Shown here piece after piece: positions 1 to 11,032 of a stretch of 28,239 bases of DNA. Each line of letters starts with the position of its first letter. Position 1 is the stretch's first letter. Made by a program: the position numbers and the translations under genes. The DNA is from an uncultured Lentisphaerales bacterium (GTDB taxonomy: Bacteria > Verrucomicrobiota > Lentisphaeria > JABSQK01 > UBA12247): the NCBI GenBank assembly GCA_943788985.1, contig CALSSJ010000025.1:1-28239 (forward strand). Direction: 5' to 3'. The notes beneath the pieces are model-generated. The model did no database searches and was not told the DNA's origin. It was given only the letters and a program-made list of their open reading frames with translations.

Positions 1-101
1 ATTTTCAGAGGCCGTAGTATGGTTTTCCGCCGCGGGAGTTGGAAAGAAGGGGCCGTTTTGCTAGGTCCCTCGGTCATGGCCTAGCTGGCAGAGGCGTAGT
101 A

Positions 102-779
102 ATGGTAGAACAAAAAGTTTTGGTAGCCGAGGATGAAGGCGGCCGTTCGGGATCTGTACCGGAGTTATCTTAGGCGCAACGGATTTCGACGTGGTCGTGG
201 CTGCGAATGGCAAAGGAAGCGGTAGCGCTTTTTTTCGAGGAGCGGCCAGATGCGGTTTGCTTGGACTTGCTGATGCCTGTGATGAGTGGATTTGATGCCT
301 GTCGGGCAATTCGCGAGGTCGATCAGCAGGTCCCGATTCTTTTTCTGTCCGGTCATGATGATCTACCTAGTAAGGTCGAGGGGCCTCGAGATTGGCGCGG
401 ATGATTACGTAATTAAGCCGATCAGCCCGTCTGAGCTTGTTGCCCGTTTGAAGGCGGTATTGCGCCGGGCCAAAGCCAGCGATCCGTCCTTTATGTTCGG
501 CGAGAATTGCGTGGACCGGATCGCGCGGAGATGCGAACATGGGAAAAAAGTCGCTAAGCTGTCATTGCGTGAACTGCAGATTCTTGAATTTCGGTATCGC
601 AAACCCTAATCGGGTGGGTCAGCCGCGAAGAGCTCTATCGCGAAGTGTGGGCCAAAGACAGCTTAAGCGGTAGCAGGCTGGTGGATCAGCAACTTCTCGT
701 GTTGCGGAAGAAGCTTCACGGAGATCACGTGATCGACACGGTGTATGGCCGCGGCTATCGCTATACCGCGCCTCCCTGA
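102..779 (+). CDS. OmpR/PhoB-family two-component response regulator (split by several apparent frameshifts)
   Basis: Stitched frames give [12 protein letters not shown]...[23 protein letters not shown]...PILFLSG...[13 protein letters not shown]...[12 protein letters not shown]...[10 protein letters not shown]...[11 protein letters not shown], i.e. receiver plus winged-helix motifs. Confidence 0.85.
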
Positions 780-922
780 TTTTTTTGGACCAGCGGGAGC
801 CGCAGTCGGCGGCGATGCCCGCGGTTGCAATCAGCACGCCCGAATCCATCTTCCCACCCTTTTCAATCGGTGGCGCACACCCGCGCCCGAAAACCTCGCA
901 GCTCGCTATACGGATTAAGACG

Positions 923-2329
923 ATGGGCAAGACATTGCTGGATAAAGTGTGGGACGCTCACACAGTTCGCCAAATGCCAAACGGACAGACTCAGGTGTTC
1001 GTGGGGCTTCACCTAATTCATGAAGTCACCAGCCCGCAGGCATTCGCTATGCTTCGTGAACTCGGCTTGGGCCGTAAACTATCCTCAGCGCACCGTTTGC
1101 GACGATTGACCATATCGTGCCAACCCAGTCCCAGACCCGGCCATTCGCCGATACGCTGGCCGAACAGATGACCCAAGCGTTAACCGACTCCTGCAAGGAG
1201 CACGGGATTCAGTTTTTTGACCTTGCTAGTAAGCAACAGGGCATCGTTCATGTGATCGGGCCAGAGAAGGGGCTAACTCAACCGGGTATGACCATCGCCT
1301 GCGGCGACAGGTCATACGTCGACGCATGGTGCTTTCGGATCGATCGCTTTCGGGATTGGCACTAGCCAGATCCGCGACGTCCTCGCCACCCAGTGCCTGG
1401 CTATGGCCAAGCCCAAGTTGCGCCGAATCTCCGTAAACGGGACCCTTCGGCCAGGTGTCTACGCCAAGGATGTGATCCTGGCGATCATCAATAAACTTGG
1501 CGTAAAGGGCGGTGTCGGCTACGCCTATGAGTATGCGGGCTCTACGATCGCAGCCATGTCTATGGAAGAGCGCCTGACCATCTGCAATATGAGCATCGAA
1601 GGCGGTGCCCGGTTTGGATACATCAATCCCGATCAGGTCACCTATGACTATCTGGAGGGTCGTGAGCGCTCCCCGAAAGGTGAGGCATTCACGCAGGCGA
1701 CGAAGTATTGGGACAGCTTGCGGACCGATGCGGACGCGATTCCTGACGATGAGATCACCATAGCAGCGGAAGATATTGCGCCGATGGTGACCTGGGGGAT
1801 CACACCCGATCAGTCTGTGGCCGTAGACGAGCCGATTCCCGCCGCTGCCACGTTCGCCACGGAAGATCAGCCGTTGATCGACGAGGCGCAGCGCTACATG
1901 CAGTTTGCCGCTGGTGATACCCTCGCTGGGAAGCCCATTCAAGTGGCCTTCATCGGCTCCTGTACCAACGGCCGTCTTTCCGACCTGCGCATTGCCGCCG
2001 AGGCTGTTCGCGGTCACAAGGTGGCAAAGGGCGTGCGAGCGCTGGCTGTTCCCGGATCCATGGAGGTAGCCCGTCAGGCCGAAGCGGAAGGGTTGCCCCA
2101 GATCTTTCGGGAAGCTGGTTTTGAATGGCGCCGCGCGGGCTGTTCGATGTGCCTGGCGATGAATCCAGACAAGCTAAAGGGCGATGAACTGTGTGCGTCG
2201 TCCAGTAACCGAAATTTCAAAGGTCGGCAGGGCAGCCCAACTGGGCGGACGCTGCTGATGAGTCCTGCTATGGTCGCCGCGGCTGCCTTGGCTGGCGTAG
2301 TAACCGATGTTCGTGAGGTAAGCGCATGA
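923..2329 (+). CDS. leuC: 3-isopropylmalate dehydratase large subunit (frameshifts near 1070-1110 and ~1310)
   Basis: [56 protein letters not shown] and [11 protein letters not shown] motifs; directly upstream of leuD. Confidence 0.95.
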
Positions 2330-2919
2330 GTGCAGTAACCAAAGTGACCGGCCGGGCAATTCCGTTGCCGGGCGATGACATTGATACCGATCGGATCATT
2401 CCAGCCCGCTACCTGCGTTGCGTCAGCTTCGATGGCTTGGGGGCGTATGCGTTTGAAGATGATCGCCGGCAGAACCCGGATCACAACTTCAACGACGACC
2501 GTTACAACGGTTCGTCGCTGTTGTTCTGCGGGCGTAACTTCGGCTGCGGTTCCTCTCGGGAGCATGCACCACAGAGTCTGAACCGCTGGGGGATCAAAGC
2601 GATCATTGGTGAGTCGTTCGCCGAGATCTTCTTTGGTAACTGCTTGGCGATGGGCGTGCCCTGCGCGACAACTTCCGCTGCCGATGCAACTGTCTTGCGT
2701 GAGGCTGCCGCTAAGGACGTTACCGCAGAGTTCGTTCTGGATGTAGTGGGGCAGACAGTTACTGGAGCAGGTTTGACCATTAGCGTTGGGATTCCGGATG
2801 GTGCCCGCGCAGCCTTCCTTGAGGGTACGTGGAATGCCACATCTGTCTTGCTCGATGCAAGCGATGCGATCGACCGCACCGCACAGAGTCTCCCGTACGT
2901 GACCGGGTTTGGGCCCTAG
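2326..2919 (+). CDS. leuD: 3-isopropylmalate dehydratase small subunit
   Basis: [25 protein letters not shown] and [10 protein letters not shown] motifs; ATGA overlap with leuC. Confidence 0.97.
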   Translation: MSAVTKVTGRAIPLPGDDIDTDRIIPARYLRCVSFDGLGAYAFEDDRRQNPDHNFNDDRYNGSSLLFCGRNFGCGSSREHAPQSLNRWGIKAIIGESFAEIFFGNCLAMGVPCATTSAADATVLREAAAKDVTAEFVLDVVGQTVTGAGLTISVGIPDGARAAFLEGTWNATSVLLDASDAIDRTAQSLPYVTGFGP

Positions 2920-3003
2920 CGCGGCCGCGAGAAGCTGGCATGCAGGGAAAGGCAGATACAGTGCAGCGACACGGTCGTATCGCTGTCTTTAGCGCCTACG
3001 CCC

Positions 3004-3550
3004 ATGGAGACCCGCAACACTCTCATTGAGCGCTTGAGGACCAGCAGGAAGCGCACTCCTGGCCGGATTTTGCGGATACGTACTCCCGCTACATCGACGT
3101 TGTGATTCGAAACATGAATCTTGCGCATCATGATGCCGAAGACCTCGTGCAGCAGGTACTGTTGCGCACCGTAGCGGTTCCGCAGCTGGCTCTGCACGGT
3201 CACCAACAACCTTCGTAGGCACCTTTCTGCGCAAGCAGGCAAACCGGCGTGAAGATCTTACCGAGGAACCCTCGGTCGGGAGTGACTAGGCTTGGGGCAG
3301 CTTGCCGAACATTGAGGAGATCGCGGTTGCAGAGTGGCAGAGCTATATCGGGAACCTCGCCATGGAAGAAGTCCGGAAGCGATTTCAACCACAGGAGATT
3401 GAGGCATTCGAGTTGTTTCGTGCAGGGCGGCCATTCAATGAGGTTACGGATGTGATCGGGCTACCGGTGAATACCGTAGGTGTGTACAAAAAGCGCGTGC
3501 AGAATGCCCTGACTAAGGAAGTCGGTCGGCTCGATTACGACCTGGGCTGA
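3004..3550 (+). CDS. ECF-type RNA polymerase sigma factor (frameshifted, apparent short internal deletion)
   Basis: Stitched: METRNTLIERL...SWPDFADTYSRYIDVVIRNMNLAHHDAEDLVQQVLL...RFRSWLCTVTNN...IEAFELFRAGRPFNEVTDVIGLPVNTVGVYKKRV (sigma regions 2 and 4). Confidence 0.75.
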
Positions 3551-4524
3551 ACCGGCATGGAGACGACGTTCTGCGGCGTGCCCGACAGGAAGGTTGCGAA
3601 GTTCGCAACGGCTACGTCGATTAGGCGCTGGCGCGATTCGCGAGTGGCCCAGGCGTTATGCGGGCTGATAAAGCAGTTCGGAGCACGGTAGAGGGGGCAG
3701 TCTTGTGGCGGAGGCTCAGCACTGAGTACGTCGAGGCCAGCGCCCCCCAGTTGTCCGCTGATCAACGCGTCGGCAACCGCAGCCTCATCCAGCAATGGCC
3801 CGCGGCTGGTGTTGATCAAAAACGCACCGGCCTTTAGCTGGGCGAGGACATTGGCATTGATCAGCTGGTGATTATTTGCAGCAAGCGGACAGTGCAGGCT
3901 GATGATGTCGGACTGCGGCAGTAGGTCGGCCAAGGGAATGACCGGGATGCCGTCGACCGTGGTGCCAACCTTGCTGGGCGTGGAGGCGAGGACGCGCATG
4001 CCAAAGGCGGCTGCGATGTTCGCAACGGCCAGCCCGATGTTCCCGAGCCCGAGCAGGCCGATGGTTTTTCCGGCGAGTTCGATTTGCGGGGTTAAGCTAT
4101 AGGAAAAGTCCGGGCATTGTGCCCAGTGGCCCTCGCGAACGCTCACTGCGTGGCGAGCAGTGCGCTGGGTCAAATTGAGGATGTGTGCGAATGTCGCCTG
4201 AGCTACGGACTGGGTGCTGTACGCCGGAACGTTCGTCACGGTGATGCCGCGGGCGCTGGCAGCTGCAAGATCAATCACGTTTACCCCCGTGGCGGTCACG
4301 CCGATATAACGGAGCGCCGGAAGTGCATTGAGGGTGGAGGCATCTAGGACGACTTTGTTGGTGAGCACTGCGGTTGCGGTCGCGCAGACGCCTACTACTT
4401 TCTCCGCTGCTGTTCGCGGGTGAATCTCGCATTGGACCAGCGCCTGCAGTGGCGCCCAGTTGAGGTCGCCTGGATTCATCGCATGCCCATCTAGGACGAT
4501 GAGGCGTGGCGTTGACTCAGCCAT
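3535..4524 (-). CDS. D-2-hydroxyacid dehydrogenase (glycerate dehydrogenase/hydroxypyruvate reductase-like)
   Basis: GLLGLGNIG Rossmann motif, ISLHCPL, LINTSRG, GLDVLSAEPP, SPHNAW. Confidence 0.92.
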   Translation of the reverse strand: MAESTPRLIVLDGHAMNPGDLNWAPLQALVQCEIHPRTAAEKVVGVCATATAVLTNKVVLDASTLNALPALRYIGVTATGVNVIDLAAASARGITVTNVPAYSTQSVAQATFAHILNLTQRTARHAVSVREGHWAQCPDFSYSLTPQIELAGKTIGLLGLGNIGLAVANIAAAFGMRVLASTPSKVGTTVDGIPVIPLADLLPQSDIISLHCPLAANNHQLINANVLAQLKAGAFLINTSRGPLLDEAAVADALISGQLGGAGLDVLSAEPPPQDCPLYRAPNCFISPHNAWATRESRQRLIDVAVANFATFLSGTPQNVVSMPVQPRS

Positions 4525-5167
4525 CAAGCCGGTCCTTCAACCAGGCGTTCACATCTGTCAGGCACTGCATGTTGATCTCGTGCGCCATGTCGTACTCGCG
4601 ATAGGTGAGCACTGCTTCCGTCGAGCCGTCGTAGAATTCAGCGATCTGGCGGCCATTATGAATGGGCAGTAGCGGATCGTGTCGGCCATGGCCGATAAAG
4701 ACCGGGACTTCTTTGAGTACGTGTTCGCAGCGTGAGAACTCGTCTGGGGCCATTCGGCCGCTGAGGCCGATGATTCCTGCGATATTCGCATGGCGTTGCA
4801 GGATTCCGTGCGCCATCATACTTCCTTGGCTGAAGCCCAGCAAATAGGTGCGATCCGGATCGCATCCTTCAGCAGTTGCCAGCTGTGGCAAAAAGGCTGC
4901 CAGGTGGGTTACGGCTTCGTGGACTTGATCGGAACAGTAGGATATGTCGTTCTCGAGAAAGTCGAGGTGAAACCAAGCCCTGCCACCGGGGATGCCAATG
5001 GCGCCGAGTTCGAGAGGGGCCTGGAGCGCGACGACGTGAAGGCGGCGGTCAAAAGTTGGTGCCAGTCCGAACAGGTCTTGCATGTTGCTGGCGTAGCCGT
5101 GAAGCAGCACGAGAAGGGGAGGGAGCCCGTCGGTCTGTCGCGGTGGGCGCGAGAGTCGTTGGTACAT
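4517..5167 (-). CDS. Phospholipase/carboxylesterase (alpha/beta hydrolase)
   Basis: LLHGYAS, GFSQG nucleophile elbow, HGRHDP, MAHEI. Confidence 0.9.
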   Translation of the reverse strand: MYQRLSRPPRQTDGLPPLLVLLHGYASNMQDLFGLAPTFDRRLHVVALQAPLELGAIGIPGGRAWFHLDFLENDISYCSDQVHEAVTHLAAFLPQLATAEGCDPDRTYLLGFSQGSMMAHGILQRHANIAGIIGLSGRMAPDEFSRCEHVLKEVPVFIGHGRHDPLLPIHNGRQIAEFYDGSTEAVLTYREYDMAHEINMQCLTDVNAWLKDRLDG

Positions 5168-5170
5168 GAG

Positions 5171-5722
5171 TTAGTTCTCTGGTTGCTGCGGGGAGGTTGA
5201 CGTTGCGGAGTTCGCAAGGCCGTAAAGGTGCTGAAGCCTGGCGACGAAGGCCGGCGGGTCGTCTGGTGTGATCACTACGGTTCGGGTGTTAATCTTCAGG
5301 ACAACCGCGTGGGATGTTTCCATCGCGTAGGCGCGATAGTTGCCAAGGGCTTTGTTCCGGAAGAGGCCGGTAAAAGAATACATGCCGCCGTTCCCGAACA
5401 GGCGCATGGAGCGTTTCATGGCGGTTGAATCCGCGGTGGCTGCATGCAGGCCCGTCAGTGGGACTTGTGTCTGCCAGCCAAGACGCTTGATGACGAGGGT
5501 GTTTGGCTGAAGCTCGTAGCCACGAATCGTAAATGGTATGGCACCACTGACAAAGAGCAGTGGAAGCGTAAAGAAGCTGCCGAACCAGGGGCCGACCTCA
5601 GCGGGGGCGCAGAGAGTGCCGAAGACGGCTGAGGAGATCAGCAGCAGTGTCGCGAAAGCGGAGATTGCGGTCAGAACCGGGCCCCATGGGGCACCAAAGG
5701 TATTCTCAGGCTGGGCTGCCAT
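5171..5722 (-). CDS. Membrane protein with bacterial PH-like domain
   Basis: Two N-terminal hydrophobic segments, then RLFGNGGMYSFTGLF...VVITPDDP pattern. Confidence 0.7.
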   Translation of the reverse strand: MAAQPENTFGAPWGPVLTAISAFATLLLISSAVFGTLCAPAEVGPWFGSFFTLPLLFVSGAIPFTIRGYELQPNTLVIKRLGWQTQVPLTGLHAATADSTAMKRSMRLFGNGGMYSFTGLFRNKALGNYRAYAMETSHAVVLKINTRTVVITPDDPPAFVARLQHLYGLANSATSTSPQQPEN

Positions 5723-5785
5723 TGGAGGAACTCCACAGCGAAAGATGAACCAGCAATGATTGACTGGGCTCTGTAGGGAGAAGGC

Positions 5786-5825
5786 AAAAAAAATCCCGCC
5801 ACGTCGACTTGCGACATGGCGAGAT
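5786..5825 (-). terminator. Probable intrinsic terminator of the RRM gene
   Basis: Imperfect stem ATCCCGCCACGTCG/CGACATGGCGAGAT next to an A8 run on + (U-tract on -). Confidence 0.65.
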
Positions 5826-5908
5826 AATCACCTGCTCATCCAGAAGCTTGACTTAGGTCACGCACGTTCCGGAAAGGCAGGTTTCTAGGCATGGCCTGGA
5901 AGCAAGGC

Positions 5909-6220
5909 TTACCAGTCGCGACGGCCACCGCCGCCACCACCACCACGATCTCCGCCACCACCGCCACCACTGCGACGAGGGTTAGGCTGGGACTCATTGA
6001 CGCGCAGGCTGCGGCCTTGGAAGTCGAAGCCATTCAGTCCTTCCACAGCGCGTTCTGCTTCGGCATCGTCGGGCATTTCAACAAAGCCGAAGCCTTTTGA
6101 ACGGCCCATCTCGCGGTCCATGATGACCCGAGCTGAGGTGACACTGCCATGTTCTGAAAAGAGATCGTTCAAGTCTTGATCTTCTGCGCTGTAGGGGAGG
6201 TTTCCGACGTATATATTCAC
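5909..6220 (-). CDS. RRM-domain RNA-binding protein with Gly-rich tail
   Basis: RNP2 IYVGNL, RNP1 KGFGFVEM, C-terminal GGGGGGDRGGGGGGGRRDW. Confidence 0.95.
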   Translation of the reverse strand: MNIYVGNLPYSAEDQDLNDLFSEHGSVTSARVIMDREMGRSKGFGFVEMPDDAEAERAVEGLNGFDFQGRSLRVNESQPNPRRSGGGGGGDRGGGGGGGRRDW

Positions 6221-6399
6221 GATCGTGTTCCTATGGATTGGGGTAAAAAACCAATCCAGGACAGAAATTCTACCGAAAGATTGGCTTGCCGTAAGTGCGT
6301 AATTGCCGACCTGCCAAATGTCGTATGCCGCAACGCATTGTCTACATGTTTTTTTTGATTTAGTGGAAACTTACTGAGATGCGAGTGCATCTCAGGCGG

Positions 6400-6903
6400 T
6401 TATTCGGCTGATTCCTGTGGTCTTTGAGCAAGGCGATCGTTAAGGTAAAGCATGGCGTTTACGTCGTTTTGCGCGCGCTCCACGAGCGAAAGGATCTCGC
6501 CAACGGACTTTTCTTCTTCGACCTGTTCGTCGACAAACCATTGTAGATGGCTGATGGTAGCGTGGTCATGCGCTGCGGATGCCAGGCTGTAAAGCTCGTT
6601 GATAGAGTGGGTGTTTGCCTCTTCTTGTGCCATGGCCAGTTTGAAGACGGCCAGGGAGCAAGTGAACTCGCTTTGTGGTGCGGCGATGGGCTGGTGCTCG
6701 ATGCGTCCGCCGCGATCGAGCAGATACTGAATTAGGCGCATTGCGTGTAGGCGCTCCTCATCATGCTGCATCATGCACCAGTGGGCGAAGCCGCTGAGGT
6801 TTTCGTACTCAAAATAGGTACTCATGGCCAGGTAGGCGTATGAGCCGACGAGTTCCTGGTTGATCTGCTGATTGATTGCCTTGGCGATTTCTGGCTTGAT
6901 CAT
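6400..6903 (-). CDS. ftnA: Non-heme ferritin
   Basis: QINQELVGSYAYLAM, EERLHA and LQWFVDEQVEEE ferroxidase-centre pattern. Confidence 0.9.
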   Translation of the reverse strand: MIKPEIAKAINQQINQELVGSYAYLAMSTYFEYENLSGFAHWCMMQHDEERLHAMRLIQYLLDRGGRIEHQPIAAPQSEFTCSLAVFKLAMAQEEANTHSINELYSLASAAHDHATISHLQWFVDEQVEEEKSVGEILSLVERAQNDVNAMLYLNDRLAQRPQESAE

Positions 6904-6971
6904 GATTCGCTCATTTTGTTTGTTTGGGCAGAGGAGTGGCATGTGTAAGATAGCGCTGCGGGAGCGTTTTG

Positions 6972-8411
6972 TTAGTCCATGAGGCCCTTCAGGGCCTTGA
7001 TTGCCAGTTGTGGATTGGCCTTGCCGCGGCTTAGCTTCATGACTTGTCCGACGAGGGAGTTGATCGCCTTGGCATTGCCGCTGCGGTAGTCTTCTACTGG
7101 AACTGGATTGGCGTCGATTGCTTGCTGAGCGAAGTCACGGATGCTGGCTTCATTGTTGTCGCCTACCAAGTCTTCTTCCTCGACGATAGCGGCCGGGTCC
7201 TTGCTGGTCTCGATCATCTTCGCGAAGACAGTCTTGGCGATCTTGCCATTGATCTTCCCGCTGTCGATTAGCCCGAGCAGTGCTGCGAGTTGTGTGGCGG
7301 AGACGGGGCTCTCGGCGATGGCGAGGTTGGCTCTGCCGAGCTCGCGCATCAGTTCGACCATGATCCAATTGGATGCCTTCTTTGGGGTTGCGCCAAGTTT
7401 GACGCAGGTCTCGAAGTAGTCGGCGCAGTCGCGCTCGGCAGTGAGCACGCCCGCGTCGTACGGAGGGAGGCCGTATTCGCTGGAGAAACGGTCCCTGCGG
7501 GCAGCGGGTGTTTCTGGCATGCAGGCGCGAATCTCGGCCAGGCGCTCGGCGGAGATGACGATGGGCATCAGGTCCGGCTCAGGGAAGTAGCGATAGTCGT
7601 GCGCATCTTCCTTGATGCGTTGGAGAGTGGATTCGCCGCGCTCGGCATCCCAGCCGCGTGTGGCCTGGATGGCGGGGCGGCCTTCTTCGAGGTCGTCGAT
7701 CTGGCGCTCGGTCTCGTACTCAATGGCGTGAAAGACGTTCTTGAAGCTGTTGAGGTTCTTCAGTTCGGTCTTAGGATTGAACTCCTCCTGGCCGACGGGC
7801 ATGACCGAGATGTTGACATCACAGCGCATTTGGCCCTTCTCCATGTCGCAGTCGCTGATCTCTGCGTACTGCATGGCCTGCTTGAGTGCGTTAAGGAAGG
7901 CGTAGGCTTCGTTGGGGCCTGTGATGTCTGGCTCGGTGACGATTTCCATCAGTGGCACGCCAGCTCGGTTGTAGTCGATGCCGCTTATTGCACCACCGTG
8001 GGTGGACTTGGCGACGTCTTCCTCTAGATGGATGCGATTAATCTGCACCAGCTTCTCCGGGACCTCCTCCATTGTAAGGCCGCGCCCCTGCGCAAGGACG
8101 CTGCCACCGACGCAGAGCGGGAGATCGTACTGCGTGAGCTGGTAGTTCTTGGGCATATCGGGGTAGAAGTAGCTCTTGCGATCGAACTTGCTGTACTCGG
8201 GGATGTCGCAGTTGATCATGAGGCCGGCGAGTACGGTCTTGCGGATGGCTTCTTGGTTCGGAGTCGGGAGGACGCCGGGATAGCCCATGCAAACGGGGCA
8301 GATGAGAGTGTTGGGCTCTGCGAGCATGCGGTTGGGGCAAGAGCAGAACATTTTACTTTTGGTACGCAGCTGGACGTGTATCTCCAAGCCTATGACAACG
8401 CGGTAATCCAT
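6972..8411 (-). CDS. gatB: Asp-tRNA(Asn)/Glu-tRNA(Gln) amidotransferase subunit B
   Basis: VIGLEIHVQL, FDRKSYFYPD, RIHLEED, DYNRAGVPLMEIV, DYRYFPEPDL. Confidence 0.98.
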   Translation of the reverse strand: MDYRVVIGLEIHVQLRTKSKMFCSCPNRMLAEPNTLICPVCMGYPGVLPTPNQEAIRKTVLAGLMINCDIPEYSKFDRKSYFYPDMPKNYQLTQYDLPLCVGGSVLAQGRGLTMEEVPEKLVQINRIHLEEDVAKSTHGGAISGIDYNRAGVPLMEIVTEPDITGPNEAYAFLNALKQAMQYAEISDCDMEKGQMRCDVNISVMPVGQEEFNPKTELKNLNSFKNVFHAIEYETERQIDDLEEGRPAIQATRGWDAERGESTLQRIKEDAHDYRYFPEPDLMPIVISAERLAEIRACMPETPAARRDRFSSEYGLPPYDAGVLTAERDCADYFETCVKLGATPKKASNWIMVELMRELGRANLAIAESPVSATQLAALLGLIDSGKINGKIAKTVFAKMIETSKDPAAIVEEEDLVGDNNEASIRDFAQQAIDANPVPVEDYRSGNAKAINSLVGQVMKLSRGKANPQLAIKALKGLMD

Positions 8412-9871
8412 TATGCATTCTCCCCGCGCCAGCTAGGGAAGGCACGTTCCACTGCGGACGCAATTTGTAGTAGTTTCTGCTCCTGTAAGGGGCCACCGAT
8501 AAGCTGTGCTCCAATTGGCAGTCCCGCGCGATCGCGGCCCACGGGCACGGAGAGGCCGCAGATTCCTGCCAAGTTTACGGGAATGGTGTAGATGTCGCTC
8601 AGGTAAACTTGAAGCGGGTCCGTCATTTGCCCCTTGGCGAAGGCGGTGGTCGGCGATACCGGCGCTAGGATTGCGTCGCAAGTGCTGAGCGCGTTCAGGT
8701 AGTCCTGGCGAATCAGGGTGCGCACTTTCTGGGCGCGCAGGTAATAGGCGTCGTAGTAACCGCTGCTGAGTACGTAGGTCCCGAGCATGATGCGCCGCTT
8801 TACTTCATCGCCGAAGCCTTGCTCGCGAGTCTGGAAGTAGGTGTCGATCAAGGAGTCGGCGTCATGGTCGCGGGCGCCGTAGCGGATGCCGTCAAACCGT
8901 GCGAGGTTCGAGCTGGCCTCAGCGGTGGCGATGATGTAGTAGGCGGCCACAGCATAGCGGGTTCGAGGTAGCGAGATGTCTACGAGCTCGCAGCCTGCAT
9001 CCGCAAGTGCGGCCTTAGTCTGTTCTATTGCCGCACGGACTTCGTCCTGGAGCCCCTCTACTTCGAAGAACTCAGTGGGCACGCCTACTCGTGCACCAGC
9101 GGGAAGTTCGTCGATGCTGCCGCTTAGCGCACTTTGGGAGCCCTCCAGCGAGGTGCAGTCGCGTACGTCGTGGCCAGCGATGGCGTCCAGCAGCGTTGCG
9201 CAGTCGGCAACGGAATGCCCCAGCGGGCCAATCTGATCTAAGGAGGAGGCGAAGGCGACGAGGCCGAAGCGGGAGACCCGGCCATAGGTCGGCTTGAGCC
9301 CGACTACGCCACAAAAGGAGGCGGGTTGGCGGATTGAGCCGCCGGTATCCGAGCCCAGCGCGGCGGGTACTTGCCCGGAAGCCACGATGGCAGCAGATCC
9401 GCCGCTGGAGCCGCCGGGGACGTGATTGGTGTCCCAGGGATTGCTGGTGACGCCAAAGGCGCTGTTCTCGGTGCTTGAGCCCATGGCGTATTCGTCCATG
9501 TTCGCCCGGCCGAAGGGGATGAAGCCTTGGGCCTTCAGGCGCTCGACGACTGTAGCATCGTAGGTGGCGTTGTAGGGCGCGAGCAGCTTCGACGCGCAGC
9601 GGCAAGGCTCACCGGCTACGGAGATGTTATCCTTAATGCCAATTGGGACGCCGTCGAACGCAGAGAGTTGCTCATTCTTGCCACGGCGGGCGTCTGCGGA
9701 CTCCGCAGCGGAGAGTACGGCCTCGCGGTCTAGAGAGACGAACCCGTTGATTGCCGAGTCGGTTGCGGCGCTGCGGTCAAGTAATTCAGTGACGTAGGCG
9801 ACTGCGGATTGGCCGCCGGCCAGAGCTGACGCGGCGCTGGCGAGGGTAGGGGGCTGAGTTGGGACGCTCAT
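8411..9871 (-). CDS. gatA: Amidotransferase subunit A
   Basis: Amidase signature [38 protein letters not shown]. Confidence 0.98.
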   Translation of the reverse strand: MSVPTQPPTLASAASALAGGQSAVAYVTELLDRSAATDSAINGFVSLDREAVLSAAESADARRGKNEQLSAFDGVPIGIKDNISVAGEPCRCASKLLAPYNATYDATVVERLKAQGFIPFGRANMDEYAMGSSTENSAFGVTSNPWDTNHVPGGSSGGSAAIVASGQVPAALGSDTGGSIRQPASFCGVVGLKPTYGRVSRFGLVAFASSLDQIGPLGHSVADCATLLDAIAGHDVRDCTSLEGSQSALSGSIDELPAGARVGVPTEFFEVEGLQDEVRAAIEQTKAALADAGCELVDISLPRTRYAVAAYYIIATAEASSNLARFDGIRYGARDHDADSLIDTYFQTREQGFGDEVKRRIMLGTYVLSSGYYDAYYLRAQKVRTLIRQDYLNALSTCDAILAPVSPTTAFAKGQMTDPLQVYLSDIYTIPVNLAGICGLSVPVGRDRAGLPIGAQLIGGPLQEQKLLQIASAVERAFPSWRGENA

Positions 9872-10185
9872 CAGGCACCTCCTTCAGTGAGAACCTGTGG
9901 CACGCGCACCAAGTCGCCTTGGTGGACAGCCGGGGCGTTGGCCAGCATCGCGGCCTGGTCCATGCAATTTGGGGGCGTGTCATCGCTGCGCATTACGTTG
10001 GTCACGCGCGTCGCGTGGGCGGTCGGTTCAACGCCATCAATGTCGACTTCCTGAAGAAGGTCGATGTAGCCTACGATTGCGCCCAGTTCATCGTGGAGGC
10101 GAGATCTTTCGTCCTCAGTCAGCGCGATGCGAGCGAGGGTCGCGATCTTATCCACATCTATATCATGCGGTTGGGGGTCACTCAT
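9871..10185 (-). CDS. gatC: Amidotransferase subunit C
   Basis: IATLARI...DIDGVEPT...LANAP...VPQV; first gene of the gatCAB operon; start placed at ATG 10185. Confidence 0.92.
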   Translation of the reverse strand: MSDPQPHDIDVDKIATLARIALTEDERSRLHDELGAIVGYIDLLQEVDIDGVEPTAHATRVTNVMRSDDTPPNCMDQAAMLANAPAVHQGDLVRVPQVLTEGGA

Positions 10186-10299
10186 GGTCAAAGCCTGTCC
10201 AGCGTCAGTTTTCTCATTCACGGTGCAAACCTTCGCTTTTGCCGCGCGTCTTTCTATGTGACCGGTGGCAACTGCTTGCAGGTCTGTTCGCAATGATTA

Positions 10300-10812
10300 G
10301 TGTGTGCCTATTCCACAGTTTCTATTTGGAGGCGGGTGTTGCGCGTATTGTTGTTTATTGCTCTGTTGGGGCCGTGTGGGCTATCTGCTGAGGAGGCCGG
10401 CCTTGAAGGGCGCCGTCTGATGATTGAGGTGACGGCATATTGCAGCTGTCAGAAGTGCTGCGGTTGGCAGCGAAACTGGCTGGGGCAGCCGATTTTTAGC
10501 TCGGGCAGGAACAAGGGCAAGCGGAAGCTGATCGGGCAGACTGCCAGTGGCCATCAGGCGCGGCGCGGGACGTTGGCTGCAGATACCGAATATTATGCGT
10601 TCGGGACGCGTCTCTTCATTCCGGGCTATGGTTACGGCGTGGTGCATGACAGGGGAGGGGCTATCATTGGGCCCCAAAGGCTGGATCTATTCATGCATAG
10701 CCATGCAGCTGCGACGAAGTGGGGACGGCAGTGGGTGGAGGCGATTGTGCTCGGTGAGAGCGTCGCTCAGGCAGGGGCAGATAGTCCCCGGACGGCCACT
10801 GGGAACCAGTAG
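10300..10812 (+). CDS. 3D-domain protein (exported, cell-wall related)
   Basis: Signal-like N-terminus; VTAYC, TASG, AADT, FGTRLFIPGYG, DRGGAI, LDLF, WGR. Confidence 0.88.
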   Translation: MCAYSTVSIWRRVLRVLLFIALLGPCGLSAEEAGLEGRRLMIEVTAYCSCQKCCGWQRNWLGQPIFSSGRNKGKRKLIGQTASGHQARRGTLAADTEYYAFGTRLFIPGYGYGVVHDRGGAIIGPQRLDLFMHSHAAATKWGRQWVEAIVLGESVAQAGADSPRTATGNQ

Positions 10813-10908
10813 TCCCTAGACCCGAATGTTCTCGATTTTGGAAAAGATGAAAACAGCGTTTGCAAGGTTCTGAATCGTTAGTACCTTCCTCTCCTCACGC
10901 GCCAAGGC

Positions 10909-10985
10909 GGGGTGGTAGTTCAGTTGGTTAGAATGCCAGACTGTCACTCTGGAGGTCGCGGGTTCGAGTCCCGTCCATCCCGCCA
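10909..10985 (+). tRNA. tRNA-Asp(GTC)
   Basis: 77 nt; acceptor GGGGTGG/CCATCCC, anticodon arm CCAGA-CTGTCAC-TCTGG, GGTTCGA T-loop, encoded CCA. Confidence 0.98.
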
Positions 10986-11032
10986 GTGCGTGTTTTTTTG
11001 GCGCTGAAAGCCAGTAAATTCAGGGCGGATCT

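Noticed and set aside
780..922. Leucine attenuator or leader upstream of leuC
   Set aside because: No Leu-rich leader peptide or terminator/antiterminator pair is visible
5925..5970. CCACCA/CCGCCA repeats as a repeat array or CRISPR
   Set aside because: These are the glycine codons of the RRM protein tail; no repeat-spacer array was seen anywhere in the window
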